NCBI GenBank assembly: GCA_002633005.1
Contig: NMRA01000013.1
Coordinates: forward strand, 508,347-572,346
Source of the DNA: Phoronis australis
Lineage: Eukaryota; Animalia; Phoronida
Direction of reading: 5' to 3'
DNA: 64,000 bases
Part shown: piece after piece, positions 27,201 through 39,200 of the stretch
Layout of the letters: every line of letters begins with the position of its first letter
How positions within the stretch are numbered: the first letter of the stretch is position 1
Made by a program: the position numbers and the translations under genes
The notes under the pieces: generated by a model
The model's database searches: none
What the model was told of the DNA's origin: nothing
The model's input: the letters and a program-made list of their open reading frames with translations, nothing else

Positions 27201-30200
27201 TACGGCAGTTGAATCCCGGTTTCCCAAACGGGTAAAATCGGAAGCTAGGATTCATCAAATTTACGCTCTGTGATGTAGTTGTAGCCTATGACAGCCTTTC
27301 TAAAAAATTGTGGTGCATTGCTATCAACTTCCGTTGTTAAATTACAATTTTTCAAAAAATTGTGCTCATCACAGGGCGAAAAATTGCCGACTGATGCGTC
27401 GCTGAATCGCGATCGTCAATATGAAAACTTGAACTCTTGAATAAAAATATAGTTTCGACTCAACAAATTACCTGAAATCTTCCTTATGTTTTACAATTTT
27501 TAAAGTTCATGTGGAGTCCAGATTAATTGCGATTAAGTCCAAATCTGCGCTACATCGTACCCCACAACACGAGAAAAATCTCTGGATGAACACACATGTT
27601 GTTGTCACGTGACGTTTGTTTTGAAGTTCGTCTGCGTATGAGAGTGAGTGAGCGTGCGTGTGCGGGTCATCGACGACAGACTTTTTTGTTACAAAAGGCG
27701 GAGGATTATGCAAGAAAATGGCGTTTACTAGATTGTTTTTCACTTAAACGGCTGCAACATGCAAGGTGAGTGCTGGTTAGCTCACAGATTTTGTGTGCAC
27801 AGGCCGACTGTCGTTAGCTCTGCCGTGGAGTATTAATAGTCCAAGGCTCGATCTACATGTTGGGGACGAGGTGAACTACCCGGGCTGTGTGAAATTTCTG
27901 GGTCTAACGGAGACACTGACGCAGTGGTCAGCCAGCTCGCTGTATCAAGACTATAGTCAAAATCCAAATTCGTTTTATCGTGTCCCTGTCAATAATAACG
28001 GCATGCTAAAGCCTTCTTAATTTTCGTACTTCAGGAACATAACAATCACGTGTTTTGTACACATACGCGCACGCCGCAGATCACATCTCGGAAATTGCCG
28101 ATTTGACGGATGACAATGAATGAACACAATGAAATTAACAACGTCGTTTTACAGCTTGTAAGATTCATAATAAACGTACGTATTTTGAATATTGCAATGC
28201 ATGTGTTCCAAAATCTAAATAACTTGGGTCCTATATTTTTGTATTAGTGCGCGCCGAATGAAAGTAATCGTGAGTGTTGCTGTGTTGCAAAATCTCTTAT
28301 CCTGGGCCGATTTGAAAAATTCAAAGTTGTACTCATATTTGTTTTCGCTCCTCTTTTCAAATATTACAGTAAAAACTACGTAAAACTCTCTCCATAAAAA
28401 GTACAGTCTGCTAGCTAGATTGTAATCAGCTGATCATATCCGCATGAGCGAAGTCAATTATCCTCGCTCGTGACTCGATGAATAGAGCAGCTTGGCGGCA
28501 TCCCTTTGAGCATGAGCCGAGCGCGTCTCAGCCAAGGTGGATAAATACGGTCTACTTCAATTTTCCATACCCCGCCGTGTACCTTAAACACCGGGGTTAG
28601 AACCAATTTTATTTAGTGGGAATGTTCATAGCATGCTTTGATCGTGAGCCGAGTGCGACTCGGCCAAGGTGGATAAATACGGTCTACTTCAATTTTCCAT
28701 ACCCCACCGTTTACCTTAACCACTGGGGTTAGGACCAATCTAATTTAGTGGGAATGTTCATAGCATGTGTACAAAAGAGAGAGTACGGTAAAGAGTTTCC
28801 AGTTTAGGACACAGTATCTAAAATTTGGGCCGTCACCAGAATACTACCTAAAATTAAGTTTCTTCATTATGGAGAATGGGACATGGCAATTTTAATGATT
28901 GACATAACGTTCTTAGTACACAGTCAACAATTTACGTACCTACTTAACATTTTTGGCCTTCACTCCGAGGCCTTTCTCAAATTAATGATGACGTGACAGT
29001 TTAATCGTATCATTGATTTTGTCCCGGTACACGAACAGAAGCACAAGATTGATATGAGAAGCTTTACACATTAAAACAAGGCTCCTGCATGAACAGACAT
29101 TGCACAGTATGTCCTATCAAACATATACAGCACAGTGATACGCCTTAAACAGACTAACGTTCCGAGACGTCCGTCAGATGTCCCCATACAGGATGATATC
29201 ACACGTCCCAGCCTCATACGTCACCATTGGTTTGAGACAGGCTTTAGATTGAAGGACGAAAACGTTAACTAGGTACAGAAATTGTGACTATGTACTAAAA
29301 ACTGTATTCAAATTGTGATGTATCCCGCAGTCAAATCAACATGTTTCATCAATCAAGGTGAAAGATCATTTGTCATTGATCTTAATTCTTGAATTAATGA
29401 GACGGCCAGTATTGTCTATTTTTAATTTTGATACAAGCTCTGACCCACAACAATATAATTTATTTTTCACTGTCCCAAACTGAAGAAATTTTACCGCAAG
29501 TGCCCTTAAAAGCTTCTATCATTCAACATCTAGTGTCGCCATCTTCCATCTAAAAATGTGAACGGCTTACTGACTTTATTGTATCGATTACAAGCCAATA
29601 CAGTGTTTTGTTGGATGTTTATTCTGTACATAGGGCCCTAATACTGAAAAGATCCTAGCTACACAGACAGCGTGACACGATTAAAAATAAATTATTAATC
29701 ACTATCTTTATCCCTAGTCAATTGCTGCAATTTAGTTCACTCTTATCATAATAAGCCTGGCACATTGTCATAACCAAGAAAAGGCAACAAAGAACACTGC
29801 GTAAAGATGTCCCAATTTCCTACCTCAAGGAGCAGTTTTGCTGTTCAAATAGTAATATGGCACTGACATCCAAAAGAAATAAGCATGTTAAAGACATTGC
29901 AAATATCTCCCATACAATTTCAACTGCAGACAAAAGTAGATTCCAAGATGAGACAACCTTATCTATTGTGAAGCATTCTGGATATCACATCAAGTTATTA
30001 ATACCCCGGTTACCAAAACCTAAAGGAACCCCTTTCATCAACGGGTATCAAAGGTTTTAACTAAATTGTTTTCAGCCAATATTCATGTTTTTTTTTCTGA
30101 AAAAAAACAATCCCAACAACTTTTCACAGGGAATTCCGTTTTAGAAGTGAAATGGATCGGAAAATGACCAGTTTTTAGTCCACGATTTCTGAATACCTTC

Positions 30201-33200
30201 CAGCCATCATTTTATTGCCCTAGTGCCATTGCTATTGCATTTGCTCTGCTCCACACAAAAGATGCTAGATCAGCGTTCCTGATATCGAAGGATTGTGTCT
30301 ACAGCGATCTGTATTACAAATCTACTGACAAAGGAAACACTATGTCCTAGTGGCTAAGTTTCTGACGTTTTGAACACAACCCAGGTCAGTAACACTTACT
30401 TGTGAAGACATATTTTGGTATCTTAAAGGTGAAGAGATGACATGTATGTATCCATTGGTAGTGGGGATATTCGGACGAAGTACTGCAATACCATTGACCA
30501 TAAAACTTGTCTGGAAGAGAAAAATTGACCTAGAAATACTAAAAATACACCTCGCAGAGAAGTATATCAATTAATAATCATAACGTAAGGACTTATGCCT
30601 GCAACATCCTATTTCTACTGTTTGTTAACCATGTCTTTAGACTTTTAAGTTAGGTGCATTTACCAAAAAAGGACTTCATATCGCATCATCGTACTGAGTG
30701 CGAGGCACGGACCAAAACCATGTCAACTTACAAAAAAAAAAACAAATTAACGCTGACGGTTTCACCAAAAATATGTTTTTTTATAAAATGGGCACAGTGG
30801 ATCTGGGCATGGTACTAGTTAGGATACCCGGGGTGGCTAACAAAGGGCGGGTGGCAGGGATATCCGCCCACAGGGTCGCCTAGGCAGTGCTACAAACTGC
30901 TGTATTCAATGAAGTGGCATTTGCATCCTAGCTGCCTTTGTGATCAATTCATTAATTATTAAATGAAGCAGCACTGTAAGTTAATTTTAGGTCATGTAGT
31001 ATGTTATCAACAAGTGTGACAGCTAATCAAACAACCACAAAACTATAGACTGTAACCCAGTCAAAGTGTATACATTTTAAAAGTACAAACATTTTAAAAT
31101 ACCAATTTTTCACTGAGTCGCGTGACCATGTCTTTTAGTAAAACTTAGCAAAAAGGAATGTGCAGTAATGTTTCTTCAAAATCGAACAAAAATAATGGCC
31201 AAAACTGACGTTTTTCATTCTTTAAACGCTCACGGTATTGCCAAAAAAATGTTTGATTTATGTCATGAAAATCATAAAGGTACAATTTTTATAGTCCCTC
31301 CTAAAAATTGGAAATTTAAAACAACAATTCCTAAAAGCATTTTGGAGAACAGTGCTTAAAGCAAGGTATCTGAAAGTTTCACATGAATATGATCAGCCAT
31401 TTCTAAGAGATGGTCCAAAGCTGACCAAATTTGGGAATTTTTATAGGGTCCTCTAAGTGTTTTAAAAGTTTTGCTGCAGATATAAAGGATGCGAGTTATC
31501 AACAAGTCACATAACTCTAATGAAATGCTAAGAAATAATACAGCATTATGCCTCAGGTATGAAAAGGTTCCAAACCAGTTCGATTTGGGGAAGAAAATGA
31601 TCAGATCGGCCAATGCCCAAATTATTACCAGGAATGCTGACTGGAAGTTGACATAAAGAACACTAATCCGCAATGTACCGGGACAAAACTCGTATCGGCA
31701 GAATTGGACGAGCATCGCCCGTTATGTGACTAAGGTAAAAGCAGGGTCATATGTTCCTCCGAATTACACCAAAAGGGTGTAGAAAAGTCACTCACTTGCT
31801 TATTTTTTTCTAAAACTAAAACAAATGATAGCATTTGTCTAATACAACTTCATTTCAACCAGTTAAATACCTGACTACCACCAGATGAGTATGTGGTCAA
31901 AAAGACGTCACTTCCTGAAAGGCTTGAAACAAGCGGATGACTGTGGTTAGTCAAGGCGAATCTCTGGGTTAAAATGTGTGTTTGAATGTCTGCGATGGAA
32001 AGCGACTGAAAATGCAATAAATAGCGAGTGGTGAAAATAACTATTGCTACAAACAAAAGCATTTACACAAAGTAAATGAAAAACAACCGTCAGTTTTTAA
32101 AAGGCATTGGAAAAGTTTAAGACAAGAAAAGGAAATGCATAGTGAGATATTTGTTAACTTACCATGCAGTAAACAGGGATAGTAATCCAGCAAAATCAAA
32201 ACATCTAGTGAGTTCACCACTTAATTAAAAAAAGTTTTATTTTGTTTACAGGATAAAGGTTATTCCCACATGGCTACTTTAGCCACAAAAGCAAAGTGTT
32301 ACTTTCAGTGTCACATGGCAAGAGTTACTTTATGGTGTTATAACATGCTTATTTCATGACTGTATCAAAACAAATGTGCTGTAGTTGTAATTCATAACAG
32401 ACATCCAATAAAGCAGTTGCAGTGCTTTAAAACCAGGCATGAAAACAGAGAGTGCAATGACCTTTTCAAACTTTTAGGTATGCCAAAACCTTGCCAGTTA
32501 AGGACTTTAAACATTGCAGATTTGGGAAATTTTATATTTGTAATAAAACATATGAAGGTTAATTTGCCAGGATAAATTTTTGTTAGAAGACTTTAGAAAA
32601 GGAAAGAGAATTATTTTGCAATTATTCTGTCCACAAATTGATGAGATTTTACTGTAAGCAATCACTGATTGTCAAAACCACGGCATGTAAAATTCGAGCC
32701 TTGAAACCACATACCTGAACATCCACTGAATTATGATCAACGGGCACAAACAGCGTCAGGTTCTGGGTGACATCTTTAAGGAGATCGACGAGTCTTTGTC
32801 GTGCCTGAACTTCCTCGTCTGAAGCCACGTGACTTGTCTTGGTGTTACCTAGTAATATCTGTAACATGAAGTAGCCAAAGATTTTGAACATTGAACTTGG
32901 AGAAGTGAGGTACTGGTGATTTCCTGGAATTTTACTGTAGTTCAAAGACAGCAAATCGTAAAATATTATGGTAAAATTTCCCAATTAGGAACAACTATAA
33001 TTGGCTACTTATTGAATTTTTCAAAGGCTTGTGACATTGCTACAAATGCTCAAAATGTTATCAAATGTTGCAGGGTGACTTACCCACCATAAGAACCATG
33101 ATAACAACAGTTTTGTTTGGAAATTTCCTAATTCCACTTGACCGTCATAGTTTGTCCTAAACTGAGATTCTTTCCATAAGCAAACTAAGGCTATTTCATT

Positions 33201-36200
33201 ACTGGCCAACCTCCGCACCTATATAAAAACTAAGGCTCATTAATAGAAAACTTGATATTTACCAATAGATGTTACTAGACAAAGGGTTCTCTTTAATAAG
33301 AAGAGAGCAGAGAGTCACTATTCTACAGCACAAGAGCTTTTGTGGGATAAGGGTCCCTGATGCAACTGTATAGATTCGTACAAGAAGGATATGCTTCACT
33401 TGCAGCACCTATAGTAAACATGGAGCTTGAACCTTCTTCAGCACACAGCAACAAAGCACACCCTTGTATTAAGAATCTCTCAAATAATTAAAAGATATGC
33501 TACATTATTGTCAGGTATTATATGTATCCTCTCAAGCAATCTAATTCAGAGTAGTGGCCTAGCTAAAAAAATACCTTGTAGAAAATGTTTGTATCGTCCA
33601 ACTTTGAAACTGTGCTAAAGATGTCACTGTTGCAGAATGACCCATTCCCCACCAAACCACCAGTGCACTGACAAACCACAAAGCCTTCACTGCTGCCATC
33701 TATAGGAAAACAAGGAAATATAATGGAACTGTATTAAAAATTATCAAATATGAAATTTCAGTTGATATACATAATTCAGGACAAAAGTAACATCAACCAA
33801 CCTATTTATTATGAGAAATATAAAGGTGCAAGACACTGCAGGTCCACTTTCTGAAGCAAGCTCACCAGGTAGATCAATTAAATATAACCCTTGTCCGTAT
33901 TTATGTAACTCATTTGGCATATTATATTTAGCCCGTCTTAGGCTATGGAAGTTGAAAACATGAGCCAGATCCTCACAGAAGTTACTTCAATTACTTTAAG
34001 TGGACCGGTTCTGGACTGTTGTTATGGTTGGTTTCATACAACTGTTCATATTTTTATCGTAATCCATTTTGGCCAAGGTACGCCACGAGCTATGCTGCAG
34101 AGTAAAACAACAGGAGGATTGCGAATAATGTCATTTATTATGACATAAATAGAAAGAACTAAATAAGACTGCAAGATGGGTATGCAAAAAACGCCACCGG
34201 CGTGTACAATGAATAGCCCTGAAAGACTGGTAACCAAAACAAAAGAACAGTCCGAAGGGCCACAAGAAAAGGTACAGAATATAAACACAAAACTTGAAAA
34301 TACCTAACACGTAATGTATATGGGAAAAAGAAAAAAATTGGACACCCGCAATGGGGGTTGGGAAAAAATGCAGAGAATGAACATAGGTCAGGCTAATTGC
34401 AGGACACACTGGATTTTCCCACGTTTTGCATTTGTTTAATTAAGTAATCGCGTTGGATGTATGTCATAGTGTGTGTGATCATTATCTTTTTGATGTTTTC
34501 TTCGTGATTATCCTTTATGGATATTCCCTGGAGATGTTTCATGAGAGACAAGTACTGGACAATTGTATAGTGTACTATATTCTTGTTAATATGCGATTTG
34601 AATAGTTACAAAGCCTGCATTGACTTTTTGTGCTTTCCTCACTGCTATGAGCCTAGGTCATTTGTTGCATTAACGCCAGACCAGCCTGCCACCAATTGGA
34701 GCGTTTATCTATTCAAGCCAATATATTAACAAATGAAACCTGGAGTTCAACAAAACTTGCCTCACGCTAAATATAGATTAACCTTTCCCAACCAAAAATT
34801 CGCTCTGAATGCCATTGGGCAGACAATTCGCTAACACTCATTAGTCTCATCAGTTACGGAAATCTGTGATTCACAACCGTGTTTGTGAAAACAGAGTTGT
34901 CCACTATGACTCTGTTGGTCAGCCAAGGTTTACTCACCCCATATGGAGGTGTGCCAAGCTCAGAGGATGTACTAAAGTGTCAGAGGTGGGAAGCAAGGGC
35001 AATAATTATCGAAAAATCAACCTCCACTTTGGTCACAAAAATGAAATTCTAAGTGAAATGGACCAACCCTGTACAAATAGTGACTGAACAACAAACTCAT
35101 GCACAGATACCCTTGACAATAGGCAAGAGACTAGTCATCCAAACATAGCAATTACACTCAGTTGTCGTCATACCTGTGGGATAAACGAACTGACAATTGG
35201 CACTAGGAGCACAGCCACCATTCTTGGTATGACACTTGTTCTCCACTTCGTCACAAGACTGTCCATTTCCATGGTAACGATGCAAACACGAGCAATCCAC
35301 GACTTCGGAGACCGGATCGTACACACAGCTGGCATTTTCATGACAGCCTCCGTGCCTGACCAAGCAGGCATCATATTGGCAAACACTTCCGTTCCCTTTA
35401 AACCCTGGGTTACAACTGCACTGAACAAATCCATGATGCGTCGCCTTGCACGTGGCATTTTGATCACACTCTCCGTTATTTCGCAAACATGGATTAGGAG
35501 TGCACACAAATCCGTTGCCCAGGTAGCCGTTCCAGCATATACAGGTCACACGTTCACTGTCAGCATCAAAAGAGCAATCTGAGTTGATGCTACAACCACC
35601 GTTTCTCACCATGCACTTATCAATGACTTTGCAGGTGCGACCATCACCGCTATAGCCCTCCTCACATGTGCAGTTGACAAGACTGTACTCATTTAAAGAG
35701 CACATCGCATTCTTGTCACATGCACCATTCTCATCGCACAGATGAGTACACGTGACCCCGTTGCCGTAGTAACCAGGGTTACAACGACACCTGGCTAAAC
35801 CACCCACAGACGTGCAACTGGCGTTGAAGTCGCAACCTCCATGGTTGTCAAGGCAACGGTCTGGAGCACATTGTTTCCCATCTCCATTATAACCAGGTTT
35901 ACACGAGCAGTTGATCTTGCGATAGACGGTAGAAAAAGAGCATGTGGCCATTATGTGGCAACCTCCGTTATTGTCAGCACACGGGTCAACCCCTACGAGA
36001 AGACATGAAACAATTATATGTTGGTGACAATAAGAAATAATCAAGGCAAAAATCATTCACTAAACATTGTGCGATTCCACTGTCGTGTCATGCAAGAAAC
36101 TTGCTTCAAACGTTATGCAAGAAATACTTGCTACTGAATATCAAAAATTGACTAGAATTTTTAAAAAACATAGTCATACATATATGTCCTTGATACATTT

Positions 36201-39200
36201 GTCCAGCTTACATTTTTTCATCTTCTATCTAATGACATTTTCAACCATCCACCTCTTACTTTCCTCTACAGCAGAGCGCATACGACAAACCCCTATAGCC
36301 AATGATTCCCCAATAAATCAATGTGAACAATTTCTAATGAATGCTGTAGGAGTCTCCCTACACTTATGTTGTTGCAACACAAAATCTCAATCTTGCAAAT
36401 ACATCCAACTTACTGGTTGTGCAGTTGTCGCCAGCAAACCCGAGAGCACAGCCCTCACATGTGTCACCACCAAATGTACCAGTACACATGCAGGTGCCCG
36501 ACCCATACATTCCAGAGTTGCACACTCCCCGCCCATTGCAGGGATTGTCCTCTCCACCGGGACAGGGCTCACACAGAGAGCCGTAGTAGCCGTCGCAACA
36601 GAGAGGGCGCTGCAACGATGGAAAGAATGAACATGAAGGATTGGGAGCGTAAAGTCTCACCAACTTCAGACACAAAAAAAATACCAAAAATGCACACAAC
36701 CATAGATCATACAGAAAATCATGGTGTTTCTTATATTTCATGGGAAAATGAAGTAAACTTCAGTTATTGGCCATATTGAGTTTGAAATTGCTCAGTTCTT
36801 ACGATGAAGTAAAGTACATCAGTTTAAACAAGGCCACTGATTCTAGATGGCACAAATTAGGTTGTTCCATCCAAAAGTGGGAAGGCACGTCTGTCATCTC
36901 TAGAAATTTCATGAAAATTTGTCAAGTAGCTTTAAAGACACAGAGACAAACACAAAAATAAACTGCCACTAGGGGTCAAACCAGTAGTCGGATCCATCCA
37001 AAAATTCACCCAATGCCGTTCCATCCATGAAAGGAACACATCTGCAAAATTCCATCTATCCACGGTTTATGGCCACACGCATGCACGCACACACACACGC
37101 ACAAACACACATAGCTAAACTGAACAAGCCATTAAACGTATATACCTGATAAAAATTTGGCAACATAAAATTCTAATAGCATTTGAACCTTAAGATTTTT
37201 TCACCGTAATGATAAACAAGCATGACTCACCACTAGCTCCTTGTGGCAAACAATATGGCAGCCCAAATAGGTCATGGCAACACCAGACTTTATCTTTCTA
37301 TAGTGACACGGGCGCCTGACGATTGGCTGAAGAGGTGTGAAGCTGAATGGGCAAGGGATGGAACTGGACTTACATGAGACACAGTAGCTCTGCAACATCC
37401 AAAACGAGTCCACGTGGAGAATTTCTCACTTACACTGGTGACCACTCTGGTTCCCTAAGCCCCAGACAACTTTTATGATGGCTATTCAGCACCCCCTTTG
37501 TATTGATGTAGATCTGAGCTAATGAAGTGGAAGGTAATAGCTAGCACTACTTTCTTAGCAATGGTGGTTGTTATTACACCCAAATTGGTTTTCTGTGGCA
37601 TTGGCACAGAGTTAAAACCTGCAATGTGGAGAGTAGTTTTAACTTGGTACATTTTAAATATTACAAAAGACTAAACAGTTAATTTGCGTTGATCTTGACA
37701 AAGGACCACTTCGATCCCAACGGAACGTTGGTTTTAAATATGTTTCATACCTGTTTTCATTACTTTATTTTTAATACTCCTGTCCATTTGTTTTTTTTTT
37801 TCTTGCCGGTTAGGGTTGCTATCTTCTTATTTTGTTTTTAAACGAAGTATCGAAACAACTTAGAAGTCAGTGAATTGTGAACCCATCCCTGACTTTCCCA
37901 GTATACAGCTTCACAAAACATGTCACAGCAAACAAAACTATACACGTCATTAGTTCAAGTTCAATCTTTATTAGAACTCAAATCATGAAGTATATACAAA
38001 AGCGCAAATATGGTGATAGCCAAACTGAAGATTTGGAACCTCTGGACGAATTTTGGTTACAGTAACTATATAGCTTTTCCTGTCATAAAAAATGAAATCA
38101 CAGCTCTTGCCCACCAACCAACCTCATCCACTGTTTGCACTCTCTCGTTGACTACAAAGCTATCCATCTCCTTGTCTTTACACTACAACTACAAGCTAAC
38201 TAACAAAATCGGCGCATTTCCGCGAATATCAGATGTCCGGTTAGTGTATTACTCCTCAAGTAAAGTAGTTCGGCATGCCATGAACCGTAAGCGATGTTTT
38301 AAAAGTTGTTGACATCTAATTTAGTCATTGTGTGTTGTTTATAGATGTTTCAATGTAGCTTAGTTGTATACTAAAAGAATAATCCACATGGTATTGTTAA
38401 CTCTGACCAATGTTTGTAAATCCACGGAGTATATCAATACGCACAGTCGTTTATCTTCAATTGTTCCCAATTTTCGTAGTTTTTAGCTTAATAGTTCATC
38501 GATTTTTAAAAATCGAAAACCCAACTTGGTTGTTTTTTCCACCTGAATACCGCTGTGGTATTTGTTTTTAACGAAAACCATTTCTTAATGCATTTTGAAA
38601 ATTTGCCAGTATGTACAGGCAGAGATGTTTACAACAGTTTATGGTCGGGTAATTAGACTTAATTGGGTCTTGCTCGCACTGGACAATGCGGTCATCGCAA
38701 CTGAGTCCGACTCTGGAGCCGCACTCTCTTTCATCCCGGTAAAAGCCGCTCAGAAGGACGAGCAGTGAAAAGTCACGCATAACTTTAGAAATGCGTGACT
38801 TTCGCGTAAGCGCATTATTCACGGCATGATTTTCCTTACACGCTACATATTACAACTTCCTCCGATTCAATGCAGCCCCAAATGTGACTCAGCGATCAAC
38901 TTTGAACAGTAGGGCCATGGGCTCAATACCTGTCCGAGCGCTGCAGTAAGTTGTGCCCTTCAGCAAGGCACATCACTGGCATTGCTCCGGTCCACTTAGC
39001 TGTATGAGCGAGTACTGGTCATGCAAGGGAAGTAAATCAAGTTGGGATTTCGCACTTAAAACTTCACTTTAACTTAGAGTATTTGGCTGGCTATATTCTA
39101 GGCAAGTGCCAAGTGAACATTTTTATTGCACTACAGAACATGTTAACAGAAGGAGATGGTCTCGGGGAGGCCGAGCACTTAACAATGCAACTTGAGCTTT

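Noticed and set aside
35168-36779. Overlapping ORFs 35168..35509, 35229..35582, 36067..36630, 36366..36779 and 36387..36572
   Set aside because: Alternate-frame or antisense shadows of the EGF exons, with no recognisable motifs.
38880-38945. Possible tRNA gene
   Set aside because: Degenerate A and B boxes, no cloverleaf, and followed by a SINE core: a SINE head.
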